Shown here: in pieces, positions 34,623 to 45,338 of the stretch
Numbering within the stretch: position 1 is the first letter of the stretch
Layout of the letters: each line of letters opens with the position of its first letter
DNA from: Lachnospiraceae bacterium
GTDB lineage: Bacteria > Bacillota > Clostridia > Lachnospirales > Lachnospiraceae
Direction of reading: 5' to 3'
Length of the DNA: 64,000 nt
Assembly: GCA_045601405.1 (NCBI GenBank)
Contig: JAZRZO010000020.1
Coordinates: 738-64,737, forward strand
The notes under the pieces: model-generated
The model's database searches: none
The model's input: only the letters and a program-made list of their open reading frames with translations
What the model was told of the DNA's origin: nothing
Position numbers and translations under genes: made by a program

Positions 34623-35909
34623 ATGGCTGTATTGACATTTAAAGGCGGCGTTCATCCCGCTTCAAATAAAAAACTTACATCTTCAAAACCGGCTAAGGAC
34701 CTCCTGCCGCAGGGAGATCTGACGTTTCCGCTTTTTCTCCACCACGGCATTCATGCCAGACCGGTGGTGAAAGGAGGGGAATGGGTAAGCGCCGGTACTC
34801 TTATTGCAAGGGCGGACGGTTATGTCTCATCCAATGTTCACTCTTCGATCGCGGGTATAGTTAAATATGTTGACTTTGACAGCATCGTGATAGAAAACGT
34901 CGGAGACGTCAACGAGGAACCGAGGTCTATAGTCAGACCTTATGAAAAGCTGTCCGATAAAGAGATACTCGGGCTTATCAAGGATGCCGGAATAGTCGGA
35001 ATGGGAGGCGAGGAAGGCTATCCCACCCATATCAAGCTTTCACCGGAGGATCCGGGCAGTATAACCCATGTCATTGTTAACGGCTGTGAATGCGAGCCGT
35101 ATGTCACATGCAACAACAGAAGGCTTATCGAGGAGCCGGATAAGATTGTGGAGGGGCTTAAGATAGTCTTGAGGCTGTTCAGGAACGCAAAAGGAACGAT
35201 CGCCATCCAGGATGATAAAAAACCTGCTGTTATAAAAATAAAAAACTATATGGCAAAGGATCACGACATCCATGTCAAAATGCTTTATTCCAAATATCCG
35301 CAGGGATCGGAAAGGCATCTGATATATGCGCTTACCGGGAAAAAGATAAATTCCAGGATGAAACCGCATGATATCGGCTGCATCGTGCTTAACGTAGAGA
35401 CTATATACGCCATAAGAACCGCTGTTGTGGAGGGAAGACCGCTTATCAGCAGGATGGTGACGGTTGCCGGAGACGCGATAAGAGAGCCGGGTAATTTCAG
35501 AGTAAGACTGGGAACCTGCATAAAAGAGCTGATAGAGGCTGCCGGCGGATTTAGGGAGCAGCCGGAAAAAGTGCTGATCGGAGGTCCGATGACAGGAGAG
35601 GCTGTCCTGGATCTGGATCGGCCCGTAACAAAGGATACAAACGCCGTGCTTGCTTTTACAAGAGATCCGGTATTAAGAGTACATCACACCAACTGCATCC
35701 GCTGCGGAAGATGCACGGAGGTCTGTCCTTCCGGGCTCATACCCACGCAGCTCGCGGATCTTTCCGCTCTGGGAAGAGTGGATCTTTTCAAAAAAAACGA
35801 CGGTATGGAGTGCATTGAATGCGGTTCATGCTCTTATATCTGTCCGGCGAAAAGAAGTATGACGGAAGTGATAGTAATGATGAAACAGATGATAGAAGAG
35901 GATATGTAA
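34623..35909 (+). CDS. rnfC: Rnf complex subunit C
   Basis: MAVLTFKGGVHP start. Two 4Fe-4S motifs, CIRCGRCTEVCP and CIECGSCSYICP. Confidence 0.9.
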   Translation: MAVLTFKGGVHPASNKKLTSSKPAKDLLPQGDLTFPLFLHHGIHARPVVKGGEWVSAGTLIARADGYVSSNVHSSIAGIVKYVDFDSIVIENVGDVNEEPRSIVRPYEKLSDKEILGLIKDAGIVGMGGEEGYPTHIKLSPEDPGSITHVIVNGCECEPYVTCNNRRLIEEPDKIVEGLKIVLRLFRNAKGTIAIQDDKKPAVIKIKNYMAKDHDIHVKMLYSKYPQGSERHLIYALTGKKINSRMKPHDIGCIVLNVETIYAIRTAVVEGRPLISRMVTVAGDAIREPGNFRVRLGTCIKELIEAAGGFREQPEKVLIGGPMTGEAVLDLDRPVTKDTNAVLAFTRDPVLRVHHTNCIRCGRCTEVCPSGLIPTQLADLSALGRVDLFKKNDGMECIECGSCSYICPAKRSMTEVIVMMKQMIEEDM

Positions 35910-35919
35910 GGAGAGGGAT

Positions 35920-36867
35920 TTGAACAGTGATAAAATGTTGAGGATCTCTTTTCATCCTCATATAAGAGATAAGGCTTCAACAACAAGGATAATGCTTGAT
36001 GTGATATTAGCGCTCCTTCCGGCTGCTGTTTTTGGCATATATAATTTCGGCGCAAAAGCGCTTATCCTTATACTGGTCTGTATAGTATCGTCCGCGGCGG
36101 CGGAGTTTATATGGACCGTATCAAGAAGAAAGAGGACCACTCTCAGGGATCTGAGCGCAGTGGTAACAGGTCTGATACTGGCGCTTAATCTCTCACCTGA
36201 GACAAAGTGGTGGATGGCGATCATAGGTTCATTCTTTGCTGTGATAGTTGTGAAGATGCTTTTCGGCGGGCTTGGGCAGAATATCGTCAATCCGGCGCTG
36301 GCGGCTAAATGCTTTCTTCTGATCTCGTTTTCGGGAAATATGTCTTCCTTTGTATATCAGAATATAGCAAGCGCTTCACCCATGGAGGTTCTGAGAGCTG
36401 GCGGACAGGTCGATCTGTTCCAGATGTTCCTGGGCAACACCTCAGGTTTTATAGGTGAGACCAGCGCGCTGGCGCTGCTTGCCGGAGCCGTATATCTGAT
36501 AATAAGGCGCATAATCGACATAAGGATACCGTTCTTCTACCTTCTTTCGGTGGTGATCTATATAGCTGTTTATTCCATGGTAACAAGAGGCGGCATAGAC
36601 GGAAGGTTCCTGCTTGCAAATCTGCTTAACGGCTCGCTTCTTTTAGGGGCGTTCTTTATGGCAACGGACTACGTTACGAGTCCGCAGTCCCCGTCCGGAA
36701 GAGTGATATACGGAGCTCTCCTGGGCATACTGACAAGTACGTTTTTGCTTTTCGGCACTACCATAGGCAGCGTCGCGTATTCGATACTTGTGGGCAATCT
36801 GTTTGTCCCGCTTATCGATAGGGTCACAAGACGGAGGTCTTTCGGGAAGGAGGCGCACCTTAAATGA
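35920..36867 (+). CDS. rnfD: Rnf complex subunit D
   Basis: Polytopic membrane protein with HPHIRD near the N-terminus and FFMATDYVTSP (FMN attachment region). Confidence 0.9.
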   Translation: MNSDKMLRISFHPHIRDKASTTRIMLDVILALLPAAVFGIYNFGAKALILILVCIVSSAAAEFIWTVSRRKRTTLRDLSAVVTGLILALNLSPETKWWMAIIGSFFAVIVVKMLFGGLGQNIVNPALAAKCFLLISFSGNMSSFVYQNIASASPMEVLRAGGQVDLFQMFLGNTSGFIGETSALALLAGAVYLIIRRIIDIRIPFFYLLSVVIYIAVYSMVTRGGIDGRFLLANLLNGSLLLGAFFMATDYVTSPQSPSGRVIYGALLGILTSTFLLFGTTIGSVAYSILVGNLFVPLIDRVTRRRSFGKEAHLK

Positions 36868-37484
36868 AAAAAACAGGCTATATCTTTACCATAATCACAA
36901 CCGTTCTTGCTGCCGTCGTACTTATCTTTGTCGCAAACCGTTTGAGTGCGCATACCGCAGAAGAGCATGACGCGGAAAAATTTGAAAACGCGATGCGGCT
37001 TGTTTACAGCGATGCACAATCCTTCGACACAGCTGTTTTTGAGAAGAAATATCTCGACAGATATCTGGATGATAACGGATTTTCGCCGGATAAGATACTG
37101 ATAAGAGATGTGATATACGCGCGCAACGACCAGAATAATGTTCAGGGAACAGTAGTGAACATAACTGTCCTGAAGAAGTTCGGGGGAGTCATCAACCTGC
37201 TGGCAGGGGTCAGAAACGACGGAACGGTAAACGGATATTCCATTCTTGAGATCACTGACGCAAAGGGACTTGAGATGAAGGTTAAGGAAGAGGAGTTTTC
37301 CTCACAGTTTGAAGACGTTCTTACCGATAAATTCATCCTGGTTGAGAAGGATGCCGTTGAACCAAATGAAATTGTAAAAGCCAGCGGAGCTGAGGATGCC
37401 TCGGAGGCCGTTGTCACCGCGGTGAATGCTGCGATACTCGCAAATGACTTCATGGCTGTAGCAAGCGGAGGTATTGCCGGATGA
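36864..37484 (+). CDS. rnfG: Rnf complex subunit G
   Basis: N-terminal TM followed by an FMN-binding-type domain ending ASGAEDASEAVVTAVNAA. Position in the operon fits. Confidence 0.8.
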   Translation: MKKTGYIFTIITTVLAAVVLIFVANRLSAHTAEEHDAEKFENAMRLVYSDAQSFDTAVFEKKYLDRYLDDNGFSPDKILIRDVIYARNDQNNVQGTVVNITVLKKFGGVINLLAGVRNDGTVNGYSILEITDAKGLEMKVKEEEFSSQFEDVLTDKFILVEKDAVEPNEIVKASGAEDASEAVVTAVNAAILANDFMAVASGGIAG

Positions 37485-38092
37485 AAAAGCAAAAGGATAA
37501 TATCTTTATAAGGATATATAACGGGCTTCTCCGGGAAAACCCGACAGCAGTTCTGTGCATAGGTCTCTGTCCATCGCTGGCCGTTTCAGTGACGGCAAAG
37601 GGTGCGCTTGCTATGGGGATAATAACAGCTTTTGTGCTCATACTTACAGAGACCATTGCCTCATTGCTTAAAAAACTTATACCGGAAAAAGGCAGACTTT
37701 TAATGTATCTGGTACTGTCCGCATGCTTCACAACTATATTCAAGCTGTTCTTAAATGCGTTCTTCCCGGACATAAGTGAGATGCTTGGAATATTTGTAGC
37801 TCTTACCGCAGTGAACGGGATAATATTCTCGCGCATAGATAACTACGCGCTGGATCATAATCCTGTATTGTCCTTTTTTGACGCTGTAGGAATGGGAGCC
37901 GGCTTTACGCTGGTGATAACAGTTTTGGGCTGTATCAGAGAGATTCTGGGCCTTGGAACCATATTCGGGTTCAGGGTGCTTTTTACGCAATATACTATCT
38001 CGATAACGGCGCTTGCGCCGGGAGGCTTTTTCATTCTGGCCTGCATCATAGCATTTGCAAACAGGATAAACGGAGGCGGGAAGCATGAGTAA
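37481..38092 (+). CDS. rnfE: Rnf complex subunit E
   Basis: NPTAVLCIGLCPSLAVS and the typical RnfE/NqrD hydrophobic profile. Confidence 0.85.
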   Translation: MKKQKDNIFIRIYNGLLRENPTAVLCIGLCPSLAVSVTAKGALAMGIITAFVLILTETIASLLKKLIPEKGRLLMYLVLSACFTTIFKLFLNAFFPDISEMLGIFVALTAVNGIIFSRIDNYALDHNPVLSFFDAVGMGAGFTLVITVLGCIREILGLGTIFGFRVLFTQYTISITALAPGGFFILACIIAFANRINGGGKHE

Positions 38093-38660
38093 GATAATCT
38101 ATGTTGCGATAATATCAGCCTTTGTCAATAATCTTGTGCTGAGCCAGATGTATGGCGTAAACGCCATGCTCAAAGGGTCTTCAAGAATAAGCACCGCTCT
38201 GAGGCTTGGTTTTTCGATAATCACTGTCACATTCTTTTCATCAGCGGTTACCTGGCCCATTTCAGTTTATGTTCTGGACAGTATAGGGGTAGACTTCCTT
38301 GATATCCTGATATTTCTACTGGTGGTGGGGGCTCTTTCATATGCCTTTTTCGCGATACTCAGGAAGAGCGTTAAAAGGTATGACGAAAAATATAATGGGA
38401 TGCTCCCTCTTGTAGTTATAAACAGCGCTGTACTCGGAATACTGATAAACAATGTCCAGGTAGGATACAGCTTCTTAAGAAGCCTTGCCAATTCGCTTTC
38501 CGGGGCCTTCGGCTTCGCAGTGGCTGTAGTTATAATGGCCGGTATACGTGAGCGCATCAGATATAATGATGTGCCCAGACCATTTGAGGAAATCCCGATA
38601 CTTCTGATATCTGCCGGACTTATGGCTATAGCCTTTAACGGCTTTGCCGGGCTTATATAA
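38085..38660 (+). CDS. rnfA: Rnf complex subunit A
   Basis: VNNLVLSQMYGV near the N-terminus, RnfA/NqrE-like, 191 aa. Confidence 0.85.
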   Translation: MSKIIYVAIISAFVNNLVLSQMYGVNAMLKGSSRISTALRLGFSIITVTFFSSAVTWPISVYVLDSIGVDFLDILIFLLVVGALSYAFFAILRKSVKRYDEKYNGMLPLVVINSAVLGILINNVQVGYSFLRSLANSLSGAFGFAVAVVIMAGIRERIRYNDVPRPFEEIPILLISAGLMAIAFNGFAGLI

Positions 38661-38726
38661 AGATTGTGAAAATACATTACTTAGATTATAATTAACTGAT
38701 TTATGATTTATGGAGGACTGGTAGCA

Positions 38727-39158
38727 ATGAACATTCTGGTCTGCCTTACGCCTAAAAGCGAAGTGAGCTACATTAATGAAGACGCATCGCTGTTTAAAAC
38801 ACTTCAGACCATGCAAAACGGAAACTATTCCGCGATCCCCGTGATCAACAAAAAGGGGAGATACATAGGAACGATAACTTCGGGGGATATACTCGGATGC
38901 ATAAAAGAAAATTTTGATCTTTCAATAAAAAGATCAGCCGATTTTCCTCTGAAAAATATAAAAAGAACAAGGGACTACAAAGCTATAGGCGCTAACACCT
39001 GTATAGAAGGTGTGATCGATGTGGCTATGGATCAGAATTTTGTTCCTGTAGTCGACGATGATGATAATTTTATCGGCATCCTTACCCGAAAAGAGATAAT
39101 TAAATGGATGCACGAGCAATATACCAGAGAACATCCGGACGGAGGAAAGAATGAATGA
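38727..39158 (+). CDS. CBS-domain pair protein
   Basis: [23 protein letters not shown] and [23 protein letters not shown] are two CBS motifs. ATG 38727 follows GGAGG. The stop overlaps the tyrS start (ATGA). Confidence 0.75.
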   Translation: MNILVCLTPKSEVSYINEDASLFKTLQTMQNGNYSAIPVINKKGRYIGTITSGDILGCIKENFDLSIKRSADFPLKNIKRTRDYKAIGANTCIEGVIDVAMDQNFVPVVDDDDNFIGILTRKEIIKWMHEQYTREHPDGGKNE

Positions 39159-40381
39159 GCAGTAACGTATACGATATTCTTGAAGAGAGGGGCTTTATAG
39201 CTCAATGTACTCATCCCGAAGAGCTTAAGACTCTTCTCGGAAATGAAAAGATAAGATTTTATATAGGGTTTGACGCCACTGCGGACTCTCTTACCGTAGG
39301 ACATTTCCTTACCATCATGGCTATGAAGCATATGCAGGACGCAGGTCATGTACCGGTTGCGCTAATGGGAGGCGGGACCACGATGGTAGGCGACCCGTCC
39401 GGAAAGAGCGATATGCGCAAGATGATGATGAAGGAGACCATCGATCACAATGTTGAATGCTTTAAAGAACAGATCGGAAGATACCTGGACACAACAGAAG
39501 GGAAGATGATCTTCAGAAATAATGCCGACTGGCTGCTGAATCTCAATTATGTGGAATTCTTGAGAGAGGTGGGCGTGCATTTTTCCGTGAACAGGATGCT
39601 TGCGGCTGAATGTTATAAACAGCGTATGGAAAAAGGTCTTACATTCTTTGAGTTTAATTATATGATAATGCAGTCATATGATTTTCTTAAACTCTTTAAT
39701 GATGAAGGAGTTGTTCTTCAGATGGGCGGGGACGACCAGTGGTCAAATATCCTCTCCGGCGTTGACCTCATAAGGCGCAAGGAGCAAAAACCCGCTTTCG
39801 GACTCACATTTAAGCTGCTCACGACATCCGACGGCATAAAAATGGGAAAAACATTAAAGGGCGCTGTATTCCTGGATAAGGAAAAGACATCATCCTATGA
39901 ATTCTTCCAGTACTGGAGAAATATTGAGGATGCTAAAGTTGAGGAATGCCTCGGATTGCTTACCTTCCTGCCGATGAACGAGGTGAGAAGGCTCGGATCT
40001 CTTGAGGGTGCAAAGATAAATGAAGCAAAAGAAATACTTGCTTATGAGGTCACAAAGATCGTTCACGGAGAAGAGGAAGCTGAAAAGGTACGTAAGGCCG
40101 CAAGAGAGGTGTTTGCGGGATCCGGAATGAGCGCAGATATGCCGACTCATGAATACACGCAGGAGGAATTCGCCGCAGCCGATGTTATTCAGGCGCTTGT
40201 TGACACAGGGCTTGCCGGCACACGATCAGATGGCCGAAGACTTATAGAGGGCGGCGGAGTTATGGTAAATGACGAAAAGGTGACGGATGTAAAACGCGCC
40301 CTTCAGGATACTGATCTTAGCGACGGATATCTTATCCTTAAGAAAGGCAAGAAAAAATCCGTTAAGATCGAAATAAAATAA
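39155..40381 (+). CDS. tyrS: Tyrosine--tRNA ligase
   Basis: HIGH-type SLTVGHF, KMSKS-type KMGKT, and a C-terminal S4-like domain. Confidence 0.95.
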   Translation: MSSNVYDILEERGFIAQCTHPEELKTLLGNEKIRFYIGFDATADSLTVGHFLTIMAMKHMQDAGHVPVALMGGGTTMVGDPSGKSDMRKMMMKETIDHNVECFKEQIGRYLDTTEGKMIFRNNADWLLNLNYVEFLREVGVHFSVNRMLAAECYKQRMEKGLTFFEFNYMIMQSYDFLKLFNDEGVVLQMGGDDQWSNILSGVDLIRRKEQKPAFGLTFKLLTTSDGIKMGKTLKGAVFLDKEKTSSYEFFQYWRNIEDAKVEECLGLLTFLPMNEVRRLGSLEGAKINEAKEILAYEVTKIVHGEEEAEKVRKAAREVFAGSGMSADMPTHEYTQEEFAAADVIQALVDTGLAGTRSDGRRLIEGGGVMVNDEKVTDVKRALQDTDLSDGYLILKKGKKKSVKIEIK

Positions 40382-40399
40382 ATTGCAGGGGTTATCAGC

Positions 40400-43024
40400 A
40401 TGCATAAAGCATATGGAGTAAATGAATTAAGAAAGATGTTCCTTGACTTCTTCGAGAGCAAGGATCACCTTATAATGAAGAGTTTTTCGCTTATACCGCA
40501 TAATGACAACAGCTTGTTACTGATAAACGCCGGAATGGCTCCATTAAAACCGTATTTCACCGGTCAGGAAACGCCTCCGTCGAAAAGAGTTGCCACATGC
40601 CAGAAGTGCATACGCACGGGCGACATTGAAAACGTGGGAAAGACCGCGCGTCACGGAACTTTTTTCGAGATGCTGGGTAATTTCTCTTTTGGTGATTATT
40701 TTAAACTCGAAGCGCTTCAGTGGACATGGGAATTTCTGACGGAAAAAGTTGGTCTTGAACCCGAAAGGCTGTATCCTTCAGTCTATCTGGATGATGACGA
40801 AGCCTTTGAGATATGGAATAAGGTGATAGGTATACCTGCTGAAAAGATCAGCAGGTTCGGTAAGGAGGATAATTTCTGGGAGCATGGCGCAGGTCCGTGC
40901 GGTCCCTGCTCCGAGGTCTATTATGACAGAGGAGAGGAGTATGGCTGCAAGAGGGAAGACTGCAAGGTTGGCTGCGACTGTGACAGATATATAGAAATAT
41001 GGAACGATGTCTTTACCCAGTTTGAAGGCGATGGAAAAGGCGGTTATATCGAGCTTGAAAACAAGAACATCGATACCGGTATGGGACTTGAAAGACTTGC
41101 CGTTGTTTCACAGGATGTGGATTCCATCTTTGATGTGGATACAATACGGGCGATAAGGCAGAAGGTCTGTGATGCAGCAGGTGTTAAATACCATGAGGAT
41201 GAAAAAAAAGATATATCAATAAGACTCATCACTGACCATATAAGAAGCGCCACCTTTATGATATCGGACGGCATCAATGCCTCCAACGAAGGACGCGGCT
41301 ACGTATTGAGACGGCTTATCAGAAGGGCGGCAAGACACATCAGAATGCTCGGGATCAAAGACCACTTCATGCCTGAACTCAGTGAGACTGTAATAGAATG
41401 TTCATGTGAAGCGTATCCGGAGCTTGAAGAGAAAAAAGCGATGATACTTAAGACTCTCGCTAACGAGGAGGACAGGTTCTATAAAACACTTGACTCGGGA
41501 ATGAAAAAGCTCAATGAGATGATAGAGAACCTGAAGGCTGCCGGCGAGGCAGAGCTTTCCGGCGGGGATGCGTTCAGATTATACGACACATACGGCTTTC
41601 CGCTCGACTTAACACTGGATGTGCTTGAGGATGCACAGCTGAGCGCTGACACGGAGGGCTTTGAAAAAGAAATGGAGCTTCAGCGGCAAAAAGCCAGAGA
41701 CGCAAGGGGCGAGACCAACTACATGGGAGCTGACGCGACAGTATATCTTGAGCTTGACCCTGCGCTGAGGTCTGCTTTTACCGGCTATGATAAGCTCTCG
41801 GACAGCTCAGTGATAAGCGCGCTTACCACTGACGAAGCAATAGTAGAAACTTTAGCCGAGGGTGACAGCGGAACCGTGATAACTGAAAGAACACCGTTTT
41901 ACGCTACCAAAGGCGGTCAGCAGGCTGACAGGGGTATCATCCGCAAGGATAATGCGGAATTCGAGGTCGCAGATGTCATCGCGCTTCCCAATGAACTCAC
42001 CGGTCATGTTGGGATAGTTAAAAAAGGCCAGTTTGTAGTTGGTGATATGGCAGAGCTTATCATCAACTCATCCGAAAGAAGGGATACTGCCAGAAATCAC
42101 AGCGCGACACACCTTCTTCAGGCAGCCTTAAGAGAGGTGCTCGGAGACCATGTGGAACAGGCCGGTTCAAATGTGAACGATGAAGAGCTGCGTTTTGACT
42201 TTACCCATTTTACCGCTATGACTGCAGAGGAGATAAAAGAGGTTGAAGGACTTGTAAACAGAAAGATAGAGGAAAATATCAGGGTCAGAACGGATATAAT
42301 GAATATCGATGAGGCCAAAAAAAGCGGAGCAATGGCTCTTTTCGGAGAGAAATATGCCGATGAGGTACGTGTTGTCTCTATCGGTGATTTTTCCAGAGAA
42401 TTATGCGGCGGAACACATGTAGGTGAAACCGCTGATATAGGTATGTTCAAGATAATATCCGAAGGCAGCGTGGCAGGCGGAATACGAAGGATAACTGCAA
42501 TTACAGGAATGCATGTTCTGGAATATTTTGAAGATATGGAACAGAAATATCTTCAGGCTGCGTCCGCGGCCAAGGCTGAACCGGAAAGACTTGTGCAGAA
42601 GATCACAGATATGAACACGAGGATAAAGGAGCTTCAGAGTGAGCTTGATTCCCTGAAGTCGGCATCCGCAAAGGACGCTCTCGGAGACATTGAAACTGTA
42701 AAGATCGGAAATATCAATCTGGTCACCAAAAAGCTTTCAGGTGTTGATATGAATAATCTGAGAGAACTCGGCGACAAGATAAAAAATGATATCAAAGAAG
42801 GTGTTGTAGTACTTGCATCGGAAAACGAAAGCAAAGTAAATCTTATAGTAATGGCAACTGATAGCGCTGTGAAGGACGGTGCACATGCCGGCAATATCAT
42901 CAAAGCCATCGCGCCCCTTGTAGGTGGCGGAGGCGGCGGAAAAAGCGCTATGGCGCAGGCAGGCGGCAAGGATCCTTCCGGCATAGACGAGGCACTTGAA
43001 AAGGTTAAAGAGTTACTGCAATGA
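40400..43024 (+). CDS. alaS: Alanine--tRNA ligase
   Basis: FFEMLGNFSFGDYFK, the editing-domain HSATHLL...CGGTH, and a C-terminal GGGGGK DHHA1 motif. Confidence 0.95.
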   Translation: MHKAYGVNELRKMFLDFFESKDHLIMKSFSLIPHNDNSLLLINAGMAPLKPYFTGQETPPSKRVATCQKCIRTGDIENVGKTARHGTFFEMLGNFSFGDYFKLEALQWTWEFLTEKVGLEPERLYPSVYLDDDEAFEIWNKVIGIPAEKISRFGKEDNFWEHGAGPCGPCSEVYYDRGEEYGCKREDCKVGCDCDRYIEIWNDVFTQFEGDGKGGYIELENKNIDTGMGLERLAVVSQDVDSIFDVDTIRAIRQKVCDAAGVKYHEDEKKDISIRLITDHIRSATFMISDGINASNEGRGYVLRRLIRRAARHIRMLGIKDHFMPELSETVIECSCEAYPELEEKKAMILKTLANEEDRFYKTLDSGMKKLNEMIENLKAAGEAELSGGDAFRLYDTYGFPLDLTLDVLEDAQLSADTEGFEKEMELQRQKARDARGETNYMGADATVYLELDPALRSAFTGYDKLSDSSVISALTTDEAIVETLAEGDSGTVITERTPFYATKGGQQADRGIIRKDNAEFEVADVIALPNELTGHVGIVKKGQFVVGDMAELIINSSERRDTARNHSATHLLQAALREVLGDHVEQAGSNVNDEELRFDFTHFTAMTAEEIKEVEGLVNRKIEENIRVRTDIMNIDEAKKSGAMALFGEKYADEVRVVSIGDFSRELCGGTHVGETADIGMFKIISEGSVAGGIRRITAITGMHVLEYFEDMEQKYLQAASAAKAEPERLVQKITDMNTRIKELQSELDSLKSASAKDALGDIETVKIGNINLVTKKLSGVDMNNLRELGDKIKNDIKEGVVVLASENESKVNLIVMATDSAVKDGAHAGNIIKAIAPLVGGGGGGKSAMAQAGGKDPSGIDEALEKVKELLQ

Positions 43025-44442
43025 AATGTAAGGAATGCGGAACAGAGGTAATTGGTTCTGAGGTGTTCTGTTCACAGTGCGGAGCGCCTTTAAGAGTCAC
43101 GGCTGATTATGATTATATTCAGGCGGAGATCGGGGAGAAGGTCGATCAGCTCTTAAGCAACGGTGATGATAACTCATCGTCAGATGATCCTTCGATGCCG
43201 GAGGCGGACATAGACGCGTCCGGGCAGGAGCCTCCCGATCTGAACATCATAGGAGATATGATAGGTGATAAACCCATCATAGACATTCCGGAAAAGCCTC
43301 AGACAGAGAAAAAGGCTGATGATGGCCTGGCAATAACCAGAACCATCGACCTGAGTGATTCCATATACAGGGAGATTACTGAGGAAGATGAGTACGAGGA
43401 TGAGGATGAATATGAGGACGGTCCGGAAGATGAGGCTCTTTTAAGCGCCAGGGAAGAATATATGGAAAGCAGAGATGCCAGAAAGAAAAGGGCGGACCTG
43501 CGTGCGAAAAAACGTAAAAGGAATATCATAGTGATCATAGCGGCTGTGGCAGTTGCAGTTGCAGTGGCGGTTGGAGTTTTGCTGTGGATCAACGGAAGGG
43601 CAAAAAAAGAGGCGGAGCTTAATGATGTGATAAGCTGCAGCGTTGAAAACGGAGCAAAATATACAGCTCCTCTGGAGATAACGCTTACGTCTGAAAAGGG
43701 ATATCGTATCGCTTACACGCTTGACGGCACGGAGCCATCCCTTTCCTCTTTATCAAAATATAAAGATCCGATCATATTCAATAATACTGATATTAACGGA
43801 GATAGTATGCAGGTAATCCTGAATGCTGTTTCCTATACAGACAAAACGTCGCTTAAAGCGGGGAGTGTCAGCATTACTTTCACTGTCGAAAAATCTGCTG
43901 TAGCACCGCCTTCTTTCAGCCATGAAAGCGGAGATTATTATCAGCAGGAATATATAACGATAGCCGCAGCAGAAGGAACAACGATACATTATACTTATGA
44001 CGGATCGACACCTACCGCAAACTCTCCGGTTTATTACGAGCCCATAGAAATGCTCCGGGGCAACAATATACTTTCCGCGATCGCAATAGATGAAAGCGGT
44101 GCGGAAAGCGAGGTGGCCTCAAGTGTTTATAATCTTGTGATGGATCCGAATATCTCCTATGATGAGGCGTTTGGAAACGTGGTGAATGTTCTGCTGCAGG
44201 AAGGGCTGATCAGAAATACCATAAGACAGGCAAATGATGCGTATGATGCCGGCGACGGTGGAACACGCAGAGTATTGAACAACGGCACGGCAATGATCGG
44301 AAACATCAATTATTATGTCCTGCAGGTGGATTATATAAATAACGGAAATTCTGTTCAGGCAACCACTTATTACGGCGTTAATGACATGACAGGAGAAGTT
44401 GTAAGGCTTGCGAAGAGCGGAATGAATTTTGTTTACGGATAA
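43021..44442 (+). CDS. Zinc-ribbon / acidic linker / TM / extracellular chitobiase-C-like repeat protein
   Basis: CKECGTEVIGSEVFCSQCG zinc ribbon, an EDEYEDEDEYED tract, a TM (IIVIIAAVAVAVAVAVGVLLWI), then two blocks (YTAPLEITLTSEKGYRIAYTLDGTEPS and EYITIAAAEGTTIHYTYDGSTPT). Confidence 0.55.
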   Translation: MKCKECGTEVIGSEVFCSQCGAPLRVTADYDYIQAEIGEKVDQLLSNGDDNSSSDDPSMPEADIDASGQEPPDLNIIGDMIGDKPIIDIPEKPQTEKKADDGLAITRTIDLSDSIYREITEEDEYEDEDEYEDGPEDEALLSAREEYMESRDARKKRADLRAKKRKRNIIVIIAAVAVAVAVAVGVLLWINGRAKKEAELNDVISCSVENGAKYTAPLEITLTSEKGYRIAYTLDGTEPSLSSLSKYKDPIIFNNTDINGDSMQVILNAVSYTDKTSLKAGSVSITFTVEKSAVAPPSFSHESGDYYQQEYITIAAAEGTTIHYTYDGSTPTANSPVYYEPIEMLRGNNILSAIAIDESGAESEVASSVYNLVMDPNISYDEAFGNVVNVLLQEGLIRNTIRQANDAYDAGDGGTRRVLNNGTAMIGNINYYVLQVDYINNGNSVQATTYYGVNDMTGEVVRLAKSGMNFVYG

Positions 44443-44894
44443 TGATAAAGATAATAGCCGCAGGCAGCATAAAAGAACGCTTTTTCCGTGATGCAGTCAA
44501 TGAATATCTGAAAAGACTTTCAGCATATGACAGGGTCTGTGTGGTCGAGATAAAGGACGAGGGAAGCGACGCGCAGACGGCCGCGAAGGAAGCAAAGTCC
44601 ATACTTCACAATATAAAAGATACTGACTATGTCATAACCCTTGAGATAGAAGGGGAAAAAAGATCATCTGCCGGTTTTGCGAAAATGATAGATGATCTCA
44701 GACAAAGCCGCAGAAGCGATATAATCTTTGTGATAGGCGGCTCCGTGGGGCTTGACGTAAGTGTGTTGGAAAGAGCGGATGCAAACATCAGTTTTTCCGA
44801 TATGACATTCCCTCATCAGCTGATGAGAGTGATACTCCTGGAGCAGATATACAGAGCATTTAAGATAATAAGAAATGAGCCATATCACAAATAG
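44442..44894 (+). CDS. rlmH: 23S rRNA (pseudouridine1915-N3)-methyltransferase RlmH
   Basis: MIKIIAAGSIKERFFRDAVNEYLKRL and FVIGGSVGL, a SPOUT-family protein of 150 aa. Confidence 0.9.
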   Translation: MIKIIAAGSIKERFFRDAVNEYLKRLSAYDRVCVVEIKDEGSDAQTAAKEAKSILHNIKDTDYVITLEIEGEKRSSAGFAKMIDDLRQSRRSDIIFVIGGSVGLDVSVLERADANISFSDMTFPHQLMRVILLEQIYRAFKIIRNEPYHK

Positions 44895-44960
44895 TTCACT
44901 TTACTTTGACATGCTTATTTAATAGAATTACTAATCAATACCTTATATGGAGGTGATGAA

Positions 44961-45326
44961 ATGGATACTTTGAAAATATACAATGCTGACGGAACTGTGG
45001 ATGTTCAGATAACAGAGGATGTGATAGCTGTTATCGCGGCGCTTGCGGCAACGGAGGTTGAGGGTGTACATTCAATGGCCGGAAATATCACCAACGAGAT
45101 CGTTGCCAGGCTCGGGCGCAAAAATCTCTCCGCGGGTGTGAGCGTCTTGTGCGGTGACGATGGGATAAAAGCCGGTCTTTCGCTCGTGATCAAAACCGGA
45201 TATAACATTCCGGGGGTAGCGAAGGAAGTGCAGGAAAGAGTAAAGACCGCCATCGAAAACATGACAGGACTCAATGTATGCAGGGTGGATGTCAAGATAG
45301 CGAATGTGAACATTGAAAACAATTAA
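44961..45326 (+). CDS. Asp23/Gls24-family protein
   Basis: VQITEDVIAVIAALAATEVEGVHSMAG. Conserved position upstream of nusB. Confidence 0.85.
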   Translation: MDTLKIYNADGTVDVQITEDVIAVIAALAATEVEGVHSMAGNITNEIVARLGRKNLSAGVSVLCGDDGIKAGLSLVIKTGYNIPGVAKEVQERVKTAIENMTGLNVCRVDVKIANVNIENN

Positions 45327-45338
45327 GAGTTTTAGGCT

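Noticed and set aside
38661-40399. Looked for T-box leaders upstream of tyrS and alaS
   Set aside because: tyrS overlaps the CBS gene and alaS follows tyrS by 18 nt. There is no room for a T-box of about 200 nt, and none is visible upstream of the CBS gene.
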